A stretch of 64,000 bases of DNA from Eimeria praecox (taxonomy: Eukaryota): assembly GCA_963920595.1 (NCBI GenBank), contig OY986947.1:5146001-5210000 (forward strand), given 5' to 3'. The translations under genes were made by a program, and so were the position numbers. This document shows, in pieces, positions 1 to 12,950 of this stretch. Positions within the stretch are counted from its first letter, which is position 1; each line of letters begins with the position of its first letter. The notes below the pieces were generated by a model that had not been told where the DNA came from, searched no databases, and saw only the letters and a list, made by a program, of their open reading frames with translations.

Positions 1-166
1 TAATAATAATAATATAGCTCTCTAATAGTATAGCTCTCAACTACTGATTTTCGTGGGGAGTGATACGAAATCCTATGGATTCTCCAAACCACCAAGCTAG
101 CAGAAAAACCACGTAGCACAGGCGGCACGAACTGCTAGGCAGTGGGTGACAGCAACACTGTTGGGT

Positions 167-370
167 TATCTATATCTATATCTGCCTATCTACCTATCTA
201 TCTATCTATCTATATCTATATCTATCCATATCTATATCTATCTATCTATCTATATCTACCTATCTATCTATATCTATACCTATATCTATATCTATCTATC
301 TATCTATCTGTCTACCTGTCTCTCTATCTATGTATCTATGTATCTATCTATGTATCTATCTATCTATCTA

Positions 371-410
<40 letters not shown>

Positions 411-416
411 TCCCTC

Positions 417-478
<62 letters not shown>
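167..478. repeat. Compound microsatellite (TATC/TATATC/TATG, then (TC)n, then (TA)n)
   Basis: Directly visible tandem repeats, with the same units and strand as the giant satellite at 35.5-55.4 kb. Confidence 0.95.
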
Positions 479-479
<1 letters not shown>

Positions 480-1659
480 TCATGTGTCCATATATCCTTA
501 AGAAAAGACACTAATCACCCCTGCTTCTTAGATATTCATTCGGCCTGCGCGAGATACAGTATATGAAAGCGATGTTTATGGTAGGTCCTGCGTTCATGAT
601 CCATAGCGGTGCAAGGACACCTCCTGCCGCTGCCTCATCTTGGCACTTCTTAGGAAGCGATCTTAACAGTTTTCTCGGTCCGCCTTTGGCATATTGCCGA
701 ACACATTTATACGTGCTCATTACTTGAATGCTATCAGAGAACGTGGGTCCTCACAGATGCCGCAGCCCTAGGACAGCTAAGGCATTTTTAAAGCTCCTAA
801 CAACAGGATTCGCAATTGTGCAAGCAGAGGGATACGGATGGGTTCACCCTCTCCTGACTGGGTTAGCTTAGCTATGGCAAAGCCCCCTGTGTGCGGCACA
901 GGTCTCTACTGGTAACGAACGGCTGGCTTCGCAAGCGCACAGATGTAAGGGTTGAGCATGATGTGGTCAAGCTGATGCTCAGGCTGTCCAGTAGGATGCC
1001 AAGTAAGCAACCCGAACAAAATTGCATATAAAACGCTCATTTTACATTCCTACGCAACCCCAGTTTCCCCTTCCCCTTCCCCCTGGCCCACTAATTTCTG
1101 ACCAGTGGGGAGCGGCCAACGGAGAATAGGATCAGTTTTGGCCTCATTCGCATGCTGTCAATGCTAAATACCTGCCGTCCTTTGCATATAAGCTCACTCT
1201 GATGGCTCGCCTTTCATATTAACAGAAGCGCGAAGTAGAATACGTGCTTCACGATACCTAGAAGAACCCTATGACGCCTTTCAGGTGAGCCGACTGAACG
1301 GGTGTTCCATCATGCATGCAGGGAGCCCACAACGGCAAAATTTCACTTGGTGTACTATTAATTACGCTTATTCCATCGATTACTCTCTATTTGCATGCTT
1401 ATTTAAAAAGTTTATAACATTACGGTATTACGTACTTTTGTGAACTAATCAGTGGATAAGGCGGTCCCACATCCTGGCATACATTGGCGATCGATGCTGG
1501 AGTACTGCTTAGTTCTCTCCAAGCAAAGAACGCGCTATCCTTCCAGCCTCAGCTATACCACCCTTTGCATTCCTTGATTAAATGGGCAATTGGTAGCCCC
1601 ACGAGCTGGAAGCGTCCTATCTCCTGGCGCCTGCAGCCCAAGGGTGGAACTACGTGGCA

Positions 1660-4600
1660 ATGGGGTTTGCAAGAAAATGTATGCGGGGAGGCCGAACAGA
1701 GTCACTTCGAAGAAACCGTAGCTCCACGCGGATACCTTCGTCTCTGCGCAAAGAACTCGTAGATCTGGAGGACACTGACGCCGCCTTGGATTCTAATGGC
1801 ATATCATCTGGCAAGTCTAAAATTGGTTTTCTTCCTTACATTTTTCATCTTATGGCACGTTCAGGTCGGCTTGCGGGCTGTCCAAAGCGTTCATTGACGA
1901 CTGTGTGACTTCCGTGCCTCAGGAGCGGACGGCGCATCGCAGACTTACGGCCAGGCAAGGCAACACCAGTTGTCACGCAAGGAGCGTAGGAAGCAGCTGC
2001 GAGCGCAGCAGCGGCAGAACAAGAAAGAACACCAGACGCTGAAGAAGAAGCAACGAATGCAACGGGAAGCTCATGCTGTAAATAGCCAGCAGCACACTAT
2101 TGGAAGGAGAAAGGATGAACGCCCGATGGAACAACGAATTCCGGGGCCATCGGAAGTTGGGCTCACAGATGCTGATAAGGAAGGGAGGTGCATCGTAGAC
2201 AGTAAACATTCGGCTTCTGGAGGTTTACAGGAGAGGGGCAGCACAGAAGAAGTAGCTGAAGGCGTGCGGAAGGCACAGAAACAGCAACGGCAGGACGACG
2301 ATGCGCTGCAGCGTGAACTACGAATACTTGAAAGAAAATTAGGCATCAGGCGAAGCAAAATGGGTTGTGCAGAATCGTCTCGAGCAATGAAAAAACTGAA
2401 AAAGGAGCTAAAAGCAGATGGCTTTGACTTAGAGCTACAAGACATATTGGTGCGGCCCCAGTGAATTTGCGAGTTAACCCCTCCTTCACTGCCGGGAAAC
2501 CAGTTTATTCCGTGACGTGGCTTCGTTCATACAATCCTATGAACAGTCGTCTCTGACTTGCTCGCGGATGATCGACTGACGTCTATAAGCAGAGGGCTTG
2601 CTTTTGCTGTGGCTTCGTTTTGTAGGAGGGCAGCGAAAACCAGGCTAGGGCTATTATCCCAGTTAACGGAGGCTGTAAGCGTGACACTCGAGGGCCACAT
2701 GTTTTTACTGACCCTCTCTGTCCCTACAGACAGTTCTTTGATACTCAGTGCAGTAGCAGCTGGAGGGTGCCAGGGGCTTCCTAGCAGCAGCAGCAAGAAA
2801 GCAACAACAACAGCAGCATTGTAGATACTTGAGTGGTTTAAATTGGTGGCCATATCTGTTTAATAGGCTTGCATGGATAGATATAGTTGCTCCAATGACC
2901 GCATTGCTCTGTAGAAGTGTAGCAGGAAGGCAGAAGAACGCTTGTTGGTTCAATGCACCACCCAGAAAGACCAAAGGATAGCGTGCGCCTCTAGAATGCC
3001 TGTGGCCTGTATGCATACAAGGGGAATGATGCTGTTCTGAGTAGGATTTCATTAGTATGAATTTTAGTGGCGATTATTCAGTGTTCCCAGCTTGACCGAT
3101 CGCTTGCCACCCCCAAAAGCCTTTTATGCGGTTTCGTCTCTATGTCACTGGGCTTTCTCACTTTGCAGGTAGCGTTTTGCTCGGTAAAACGAATGAAGTG
3201 GGAGCTCCCGGTGATATGCGCACGGGGTACGGAGTGTATGGGGACTGCGAAAGTATTGGCGTTGCAGCTGCGGCATTGAAGGAGGAGCAGAAACGAAGGC
3301 AGCACCAGAGCCAAGACCCGCTTCGTGAGGAGCTGAAGATACTTGAAAAGCGGCTTGGCATAAGCCGAAGTGGTTCAAGTCAAACGAAGGAGGCCCGGGA
3401 AAAGAAAAGAAGAAAACTGAGGGAGGAGCTGGAGGCGGACGGCTTCGACTTAGAGCTGCAGGATGTGCTGGACGACATTCTAGTGAGCTTCACTTTCTGT
3501 GGCATCTCACATTCAGCTTGAGTTATTTTGATACCTGTACAAGCGCATACGAAGAAATGGGCTCTTTATGCCATTGAAGTGCTGACAGTTGCGGGGGAAT
3601 TGTTGGTCATTTGATTGCAGGGTCTTGGCACAGAGGAAGCCGAGGGCTGTGAACCTGACAAATCAGATGGTGAGCGCTGGTGAAGGCAGAGAACGTCGAA
3701 CTCAACTACAGGAAAAATACTCAGTAAAGGGAAGCGCAGTCGTATGGAAGGGGACTTGTGGTACTGTGTGCGGAGCTTGAGCTTGATTCTGTATCCGCCC
3801 TCGTTGCCGCCTGCATTTGTTGCGCTGCAGAGTGGGACGATACCGGAGGGCCAGAGACAGAATCCGATTGCGCATCTGTGGGGGCTGCTAATTCAGAGGC
3901 AGGATCCGCCTGCTTTTCTGATGTGTCTAGCAACGCGCCTCTGGATTTCGAATCATCTAGGCCCAGTTTAAAAACGGCTGTGCAACAGCGTAAAGAAAAG
4001 GAGGGCGCAGCTGCCTCTACGGTCTGCGTGGCCCCACACCGCCGCGGCGAAGCTGCAGAGGGCTCCGACACAGACGCAAGTGCGGTGGCCCTGGAGACAG
4101 TTAAGATTGAAGCCGTACGCGCGTTGAATGGAGTTTCTGAAGACAACGTGGATACTGTTCTTCGGCGGCTGTTGCATGCCATACAGCAAAACGCTGCTGA
4201 CGTGAGTAGTGGGCTGAAGCTCGCTTAGGCAACGAAAAGCAGTGCCTCTCATTTCGAATCCTTGGGGGATTTAGGCAATTCTTGTGGGTGGTGAAGAGGG
4301 CTGTCCTTGATTTCGGCTTGTACTATCTTGCTGCAGCTTCAACGCCAACTCCAAGACAAGCACGAAGCGACCAAGGCGTTAAGTGCCTATACTGCCAGCG
4401 TGCGGGGGCTCTTGTGTGAACAGCTGATGCACACATGCATACACAGCCCTTTTTCTACTAATTCGCTTATTGCCACCCAAACAGCTCTGTGCTGCGCTCT
4501 CGGGAAGATGTGGGATATTGATGTGAGTGCAACGCAGAGGCTGGGTGGGCTTACCTTGCTGCAGCGTGAGAGCAGCAATCCGCTGAGCTCGCCAGTCTAT

Positions 4601-7258
4601 GTGGCCTTTTCTGCGTGTTCAGCTCTGTCGAGATTTCCTGGCATCACTGGCTGTCTGCTTCTCCAAGCACTTTCCTAGGGCCTTGGTGGAACGGTGTGAG
4701 CAACAAAACGCTGCAGTGGCAGACACAGCTTCGTTAACAACTCGCCATGCAGTCGTGGGGGTTTGCTGCTTGTACGACTTCGGCTTTGTTTCACCACATT
4801 TGTTTGTGGAGCTAATTTGGCGAGTTTCTGGACTCCGAAATGCTTCCAGTGATGTGGAGCACAGCATGGAGCTGTCAGACTTTCGGGTAGAGCTACTGCT
4901 TCTGCTTCTCCGACTGGGAGGCGAAAAGCTCCGTCAAGATGACGCAACGCTCTTCTCCAGCACATGGAAAGAGCTTGAATGTCTCGTGCAGCGTCAAGGA
5001 AGTTGCCGGTCAAAACGCTTTGCAGTTTTAGAGGAAAACAGAGCTGAAGCGGGTGAGATACGGCAAACTTCGCAGTGCATAAGCAGCAAATGCCGTCTGC
5101 CCCTGCAATCAGACGCTAATCATACTTGTTGACAGTTATATGGCGAGCTAGTGTCTTGCTGGTGCATCTATAGGCGGTCTGCGAGCTTTACTTCTAGAGT
5201 TGCAGGAGCTAAAATGTGGCAAACAAAAAGGAAGGCTGAAGCTCGGCAAGGCATCGCAGAATGCCATGAGGTGGGTGGTTGCAAAGGCATTTGGCTTGAG
5301 GCTGGCTAGCTTTGGTGTTCTTGACAGGTGTTGATTGAAGGCTTAGCTGCCTGTACCTGCTAGGGAAGTGTGTGCATGTGCGTGTGTAGGATTTCGTACC
5401 CGCAGCCACTTTTGTGGGCGTCATGCTTTGGGTGTTGCAGGCGCTGGCTTTGCAGCAGCACTCTTTTCGGTCCCAATTTTCTCTCCACGCAGTACCAGAT
5501 AGATGGATCATGGGAAGAATTGGAACACGGGCAGCGACCAGAATTATCGACGAAAGCAGCAGCCGCTGCTCATTTCCAGGAACAGCAGCAGTTACAGGCA
5601 GGAGATTTTAGAAGTGCTCCAGACGCACTCGCAAGTGGAGCTGCGGCAAATAGCATGCGTAAACAGGCAGCGCTTCTGAGGTATGGAGCTAAAAGAAGTT
5701 ACGATGCAATTTGTTGTGAGCGTAACTCGCGGCTTCCTGGCAGCCCTAGAGCACTGGGAAAATCTACCCCTGAGTATACTATATATGAGGATGACCCTCA
5801 GCTTCAGGGTCATACCAGGCTTTGTTAATTGCGCTTGCACCCAGGTTCAACACGGAGCTGCAACAGAGCCTGTTCAAGTGTTTTGTGACAGCCAAAAGCC
5901 CAGATGATGCCCTTCAGTTGCTACAGAACAACGGCCATATGTCAATGAAAAAAACCATTGTACGCGTGTTTCCAGCGAAACAGCAATATGCAATGGGTGC
6001 AGCATAATGGAGAGCCTGCAGACTTCCTGTTAAAGTCATCAACTGGACAACGCCGCTTTGCGGTTCAAAAGCAGCCAGAAGGCCGTCACGCTAGCGACAG
6101 AGTTGAAACAACGTCAAGGTCCATTACCAATGATCTTGGGCCCATGTTGCGCTGTGCGTATTTTGCAGATAACTCAGACTGTTGCTGTCGCTATGCAGTG
6201 CTGCTTGCAAGAAAAATTTTACAACCAGTTTTACGGGATGGTTCTTTCTCGTCTTTGTGGCATTTGCGGCTGCCAATCGGCGCAAAATGACAATAAAGCT
6301 GTATGCAAGTGCTTCATGATGCGCGAGAAAGGAGCGGCTCGGTACCGCCGCACCATACAGAGGGGACTGGCTGCTCAGGCTTCTGCGGCCCACGGATTCT
6401 CCATAAGACGGCTACTTAACCTGGCAAAGCTTACTGCATACCTGGTAAGCTACTTTATCCAAGCAACACGAAAAATACACCATAACTCCGGATACTGTGG
6501 TGCGATCGGCCTTTCTTCGTAGGACAGGTTGGATTGCTGTATGAAGCATTATGTTAACTGCTGTGGCCAAATTCGGGGCTCGGTTGCGCAGGCGCATCTT
6601 ATCTGCCCATTTGCCATGCTGTTGCTTATCAGATCCGGCTGCATGTTACGGATTTGCGCATCGTCCGCTTCTTGAATTTTGACAGCGCAGGAGAAAAGCA
6701 GGGCCCCATGGGACTGTCGGGAAAGCTTGGGATATTTCTTCGCGAGGTATTTTCTTTTCATATGATTTGAAGTCGAGAAGTTGCTCATCTGTTTAACTGA
6801 AGTGCTTGTTGACATGGCGTTGACATGGTTTGAATTTAGACAGTTTTGAACACTCACCAGTCCCATAGATTCCCAGCATGCTGACCCGTACGTTGTGTGC
6901 GATTTACCTGCCACCTATGACGTTCGTAGATAAGTTGGTAGTAAGCACATATACTGCTTTCCCGTCATGTACCATGCTGTCGCGTTTGCAGATTTGCGTG
7001 GAGCTGCTTTGCTGCCCTACAGCGGCAGCCTCACCCATCTCAGCAAGTGGAGATTGGAAACGAACTGCAGTATCGTATTTTCAATGCCTTGGGTCAATGA
7101 GCGATATTCGTGAGGCATTTATCACGCTACTGCAAGATGTCGTGCTGCCTGACATATCCAGAAATCCAGCCGGCAGCAGTGCAGAGCGGGCGCTGGAGGT
7201 TTCTGTAGTGAAGTCTGCAATACGCACTCTGCTGGTCCACCAGGACCCTGGGATATGA
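1660..7258 (+). CDS. NOM1: Nucleolar MIF4G + MA3 domain protein (NOM1/Sgd1-like), multi-exon
   Basis: Exons join in frame: 1660-1810 (GC donor), 1923-2449, 2626-2674, 3169-3482, 3621-3669, 3831-4201, 4337-4522, 4623-~5051, then several more to the stop at 7258 (later boundaries approximate). Motifs: basic SRKERRKQLR, LERKLG...DGFD, MIF4G-like CLYDFGFV..ELI and VELLLLLLRLGGEKLRQDD, and MA3-like CCLQEKFYNQFY...RRLLNLAKL. Confidence 0.75.
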
Positions 7259-8004
7259 GGCGAATAGGCCCTTCGCTTTTTTCTAGTTTAAACTATGGCC
7301 GCATTTTGTCTAAGTCGCGCCGCCTATAAGGTATGCCACAGATGAAAGGACAAATGCGCGCATCAGCGCTGCAGCAGCCATTGAGCAGGAACAGCGTAGT
7401 ACACGCGCAAAGGAAGCGACTATCTCGTCGACCGCCATTGCAAAACCCTCCCTTCATGAGGCTGCTACTAACTAGGGGCAGCCCTACGCGGCTAGTGTGT
7501 GTTCGCGGAACTTGTTACTAGTGTGCATTCAGGCACTCTAAAGTGCTTAATAATTACTGCACTCTGATACAGAGGCGGCGTTACATACATGCCAGTGACC
7601 GTTTTACGCATGATTTGAATGCATTTAAAGTAATACAGTACAGGAGCGAGCTGGTCTCGACCTTCCCAGTCAGCTTTGCAGGTTTCAGACAGGCTGCGCA
7701 TGTGGCAACGTCCCGCCGCCCAGTGCGTTTCTAGCGGAATTCCCGTATTTCGAGGCTACTATCTTCAGACTCCTGCTCAGCAAGTGGTACCGCGTTCAGG
7801 AATCTGAATTAACCCTTCCTCCCTATACTACACCAGTTGGGACGGGAACACGGTGTCTACCAAAATATAGCTATTCAAAGCCCTCTTAATGGGCTCCAAT
7901 GCCTAACTGTTCGGCGCTACAAAGAGGATATCATCCCATTTGGGGGGGGCGACCGTCTTGAACGGCAGCCCAAGGATGCGCTCAGTCACACTCCTAGTCG
8001 GCAA

Positions 8005-11000
8005 CTACGCTTGCTGGTGCGTCTGCAGCGGCTTGCTTTCCGTTCCTTTGCACAGAACCCGCTCCCTGCGAAGCTCTCTGCACTGATTCGACATGGTGGC
8101 CAATCAGAGCACTAACATGCCCTACCTGCTTAGCCCAGGCCTCTGCTAATCCACTACCAGCGGCAGCAACAGCTGTAACACCCTTGCTTGCACCGGAAGA
8201 AGCACCACCTCCTGACCTCGACGGAAAAAGGCCTGAGCCCTCAGCATCGGAAGAGCCCCGCTTCAGCCAAGACTGCAAACCGCGGGATACGGAGTCCACC
8301 GCTGCAGGGCAACAGCATCACAACAGAAGCATGAAAACGCACCTTCTGCGGCACAAAGCCACAAAAGCGTGTACATAACGCATTTGTAGCGCTGGTACCA
8401 TCCAGGCACAGTACTAAATCTCACTGAAATTCGCCTGTACAGTTATGGTGCCGCATCTAACGTCACATATTCCGGTTAAGCAAATGCCGATATCATACCA
8501 TCATCCAGCCTAAGCCTGTGCAGCTGTTTTAACGCGTCCTTTGGCGTTTGCAGCTGTTCCCCTTCCGCCTTTGCATTGATAGCAACAGACTTATGGGTCG
8601 CTGTTTCGCACTTTTTGTAGGACGAAGGGCGCAATACCTCCTCGAAACCTGCGCAAATGCAAAGGGGGACGCAATATTGGGGAAATTCACACAACGTAGT
8701 GTTATTCGCTAGCAGCAACGTAGCGGGAGCTATGGCTCTGTTCGTTGGTGGCTTGCAGCATATCCACACTTGGGGAAAAACAACCTCCCGCCCTGAACAC
8801 GACGTTCACCTGGGAGTGGAGCAATAGGTAAAAGTGACAGCCGTTCACGTGGCTCAAGTAGTGGCAGTTGAAAGGCGTTCCCAGCGTCTTTGCTGCTAAT
8901 CGAGACGCTGGCTAGGCGGCCTAGCTCAGAGCTTCTTGGAGGTACGAGAGCCCAAATAAGGGAGCTGGACGCTGTGAACCCCGTCTCCAATCGTCTCCTG
9001 AAGAGTTTAAGTCACGCGGCAGGATGCCAGGGTGAACACATCACATATGCAGCCGAAAGGTGCCCTCTAACTATCCCAGCAGCACTTATCGCAGCATATG
9101 GGTAAGTCCTCACTGGAGCAGTTCCGCAAAATATGGCTGAAGCCGCTTCCGCCCTTCCTCCGCCGTGCTCCTTAACGCCTCTGCGCATCGCCGGCCGCGC
9201 AGCCCAACCTCTACTGCCCTGTGGAGTGCCTGAGGTAGAGCACCAAAGCCACTAGAAGGCCAGCAGGCCTGCTGTATCGGCGATGGCTCATCTAAGGCCT
9301 CGGCTAGCAACTCAACGTCAATTAGTAACTGCAGTAAGTGGTTCTGAGATGACGCATGCTGCCCTTCCTGCTGCCCCTGCGTCTCAGCAACCGCAGCAAC
9401 GGCTACCGCCGCGACTGCTTCCGCGGCAACAGCTTTTATTGCAAAGCACAACAGTGGTGAGTCTGATATACTCTCCACTCTACATCGAATACACGCACAC
9501 ACACAGAAAACACAGAAAACTGCAGGCGTTCTGAGCTGGAGATGCGCAACTGGTGCGCTGCACAGTCTCCGAACACTATCCACTGGATAGGTTGCCTGAG
9601 TCACCTATCCAGTGGATAGTGTTCGGAGAGTGTACAGATCACCTACGAGATAAGAGACCATGTATGATCCAGTCACTCACCTCAAGTTCCGCGAGACCGA
9701 TGCGATGTGTCTGTTCAGCTCCAGCAAGAATGTCATAGCACCTCCTGATATGTCTACAGTAGATACTCCGGCTGAGATGAAACCACCGACAAGCCCAGCA
9801 AGAGCAAAGTGTGGCAGTGCACAATAACGGGCAAAATCGTATTAATCAATTCTCAGTGCAACTCATGAGGATGGCTGCCTGCATCGAAGTAGAACCCAAC
9901 GGGAATTCCTAAAAGCTACCTTCATAAGCCAAACTAGCCGATGCTGTTCTATGCCAATGCCATGATTTCTGCAAGTCCTCGACAGAAGTCCTCACAAAGG
10001 GCCAAAACCCAACGGCGTAGCCAATAAATGAGGAGGAGCACAGGCTAGGAAGGAGAGACTGCGCGGCAGCCCTGGCAGCAGCAACCACTTCGACTGTTTG
10101 GGAGTTGCTTGTCTCATCTGTCCTGTCTTCGTTGTTGGTTCCTCCTAGGCGTATGCCTGGAAAATTTTGTTGCTGCGAATCCGACGAAATCCATTCAGCA
10201 AGGAATAGGGCAAGCCGCCGTCGACAGTCAGCACCACTCGAATCCTAAAACAGCAGAAATGGCATCCGTATCCAACAATATTCCCAAGACCTTCCTGCAG
10301 AGCGAAACCACCTGCCTACGGAAGCAACGTTCGAGATACAAATTTTGCCAAATTCATGAGACATACCTCCGGTTTCTGCCCCCAGGCACTCGGAACTTCA
10401 CCTAAGACGACGTTATCATCCTGCAAAAACAGTTCTAATAGGGTCAGAATACACTTGCACACCCAGTGCGGCAACTAGCATGCGGCCGAGACAAGGAACT
10501 CACAACATAGGAGAGAAATGAAGTCTACAACTTACACGGTTAGAAAGGCTCTCTGCCTCGCGATAAGTCACAAACAGCCATTCAACCCTCCGAGCATCCA
10601 GGATAAGTGCTGCATAAGCGTCTTTATCTCGTGTGTACCCGTCGCTCGACTGTGCATCAACGCTTGCTGCTAGCACGGCGCTCGCCCTGCCTGCCAAGGG
10701 AGAAGTACACTCAGCTAGAGACTGTAAAAAGGAGGTAGCAATGGCAGCTCGGAGTGCTACAGCAGCTCGGAGTTCCTGCGGGCCGTCCGCCCCGCCACAC
10801 AGATCGGCAATGTCTACCAGATGATGAAAAAGGTCTTCCTCGAATGCGTTTTGAGGACGCGTGCCCTTAATTTCTAAAGGCGTAGACGTCCCATCAGCTC
10901 CTGTGAATCAGCAACATTCTCATTCACTGCAGCACCTATAGGAAGAATGTAGCCTTCCGACGGCTCAACACGCGTAAATCCCCGGAAGCGCTTCACTCCC

Positions 11001-12950
11001 TACGTACCGTCGTTTAGCGTGTGGCAGCTAATTAGCGGTAGCGCCTTAACACGTCTCTCAGATATGGAAATACAAGCGTCGCTGCAAGATTCCCCAAGGG
11101 CATCCAGCAACGCCAAAGTGGCGGGACAGAGAGGCCCATCACAGAGTGGCCAGTCATGCTCTGGCGAAGACGGACTGCGAATGAGGGAATGGCTAGGACG
11201 AGCTCCGCAAACCCAAAAGAGCGGGCCTGTGGGGAGCTCCCACCCAGCCCCTCGCCTTTTAAGCCTTTCCATAAGCTAAACACACACAAATAAACAGGTA
11301 GACGCGGGCTCAAACTCAGGCTCTATCACTTTTTCTGGCTTAGGAAACAATGGCAGGTACTGCCAGGCAGCTCACCCTTAGCCACAAGAAGCGAATGTCT
11401 CTGAGACTTCGCCGAGGGTCCTCTGCGGGGAGAAGAGATAGCTGCTCCCGTAACGGAGTGCTCCACTGTTCAATAAAAGAGCTCATCCTCCTTCTAGGGC
11501 ACAATGTGCCGTTGATATCGCAGCAACAAGGGCTCCTCCACTCCCTCTTGCTGCCGTTTTGACAACAGGGTTGCCCAGAAAACACAGCAAAGACTTCTGG
11601 CAGTGTCCGAAGTGCCCACGAAACATCGGATGAGTCAAGCATATCGGCAACACTGAATGCAGCCTCCGCGGCACGCGCCACTGCAAATGCGTTCGCTACA
11701 CCAGAAGGGACTTGCATTCCTCCCCTTGAAATATCGGCAACCCCTGGATCAAGGTTCTTCGCTGTCCCGGGGAAGAAAAGGAAAAGTGCCGCCTCTAAAG
11801 AGGCAGAGAAGGCCACCAACATAGCTTCTGCTGCGTCAACTGCTGGCTCTAGTGTGTGTGAGCAACAGGTAGGGTTGTTTCGTTCATGATCTGCAGGCGC
11901 CGACGAAGTCACGGCCCGTGTCTCCCCATTTCGCTTCCTGTTTGCCACGATGGACTCCAGCGCCTCTACGCGCGCCGAGAAGAAAACTCCGAGTAGCCAC
12001 TTCGCTGCTGATTCGCACAGCATCTTCTCTGTTTTCTCGCAAGCCTGTCCCACAGGAGGCCTGTTTTCCAGGAGGTATATAAGCGTGGCTGCAGCGGCCG
12101 CGTCGGCTGCCACTGGAAGTGGCAATTCAGGAGACGCAAGTTGACGCAATGCGAGGGCACGCAACGAGACAATTAGAGAGGGTGAGATGCGAGTTGCCTG
12201 CTGGGCCAGAGCCCAACAACCTGATAGCTGCCGTTCTAAATTTTGTTGTGCCAGCTTCAACCCCTGCTTCTGCTGGAGTTCACGAACTGCAGCCCTTGCG
12301 GCAGTTGCCCGTTGTGTTCCTTCTATCTGGATGAGCCGTAGTGCCTCGAGGAACTTCTGGCACCTGGCAGCTTCCCACACTCGAGAGGGCAGTAGTAAGA
12401 GCTGCTGCTGCAAATATCGAAGTGACTCTGCATGGCCCTGCACCATTTGCCCTTCCTTCAAGCATGGGAAAGCCCGAAGCCTGGAAGCTGGCTCAGTCCT
12501 GTTACTTTTACAGGGAGGAACATAAACGCCAGACGCAGAAGCGTCCACTTCACAGGAGAAGAGAAACTCATCTAGCGGAGTGCTATTCTGTAGCGGTAGC
12601 ATCTCCTCCAAACGCAACTGCTGGTTCTCAAGAGGATAGTGCTGCCCCCCCATTTCGGGTACAGCACTGTCTCCCGAGTCTGCAAGGAGACGTATGCCAG
12701 CGCCGAAATTTTTGGCATCGTCTAAAGCCGCCTCAGCAGATTTCTGCATGCGGGTAATCTCCGGTAGACCCTCGAGAAAAGAAAGGTACCGAACACCTAT
12801 AAGGGAACGCAACTCCTCCGCATCGTTCGCCTGTTGCAGCTGGAGTTGCTGGAGCAGCTCCTGCACCTCAGGGACGGTTCGGTGACGAAAGACATCATCA
12901 ACTGCCAAAGGGCTGACAAGCACTGAACTGGCAGCTGAGCCGGACTCCAT
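8005..12950 (-). CDS. COG1: Conserved oligomeric Golgi complex subunit 1-like (Vps51/COG1 N-terminal domain), multi-exon
   Basis: The ~1.6 kb first exon starts at ATG 12950. VDDVFRHRTVPEVQELLQQLQ...EELRSLIGVRYLSFLEGLPEITRM resembles the COG1/Vps51 N-terminal EELRxxVGxRY motif, and LPSRVWEA fits too. Further helical minus-strand exons lie near 11000-11270, 10500-10900, 9110-9480, 8770-8996, 8480-8648 and 8127-8300. The last exon and stop (8005) are tentative. Confidence 0.6.
9566..9629. repeat. Perfect 27-bp inverted repeat with 10-nt loop (likely intronic in the COG1-like gene)
   Basis: TCTCCGAACACTATCCACTGGATAGGT (9566-9592) is the exact reverse complement of 9603-9629. Confidence 0.95.

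Noticed and set aside
142..566. Short ORFs made of YI/LS repeats, and similar ones at 56.8-63.6 kb (poly-C, poly-L, YI, IIYYLLF)
   Set aside because: They are translations of microsatellites in introns or intergenic DNA.
511..720. Minus-strand 69-aa ORF as first exon of a gene running off the left edge
   Set aside because: It has an ATG and a possible donor near 517, but I recognise no homology or convincing next exon.
1923..3482. Strictly mutually exclusive exon pair in NOM1
   Set aside because: The 49-nt exon at 2626-2674 restores the frame, so both copies can be included; reported instead as a duplicated cassette.
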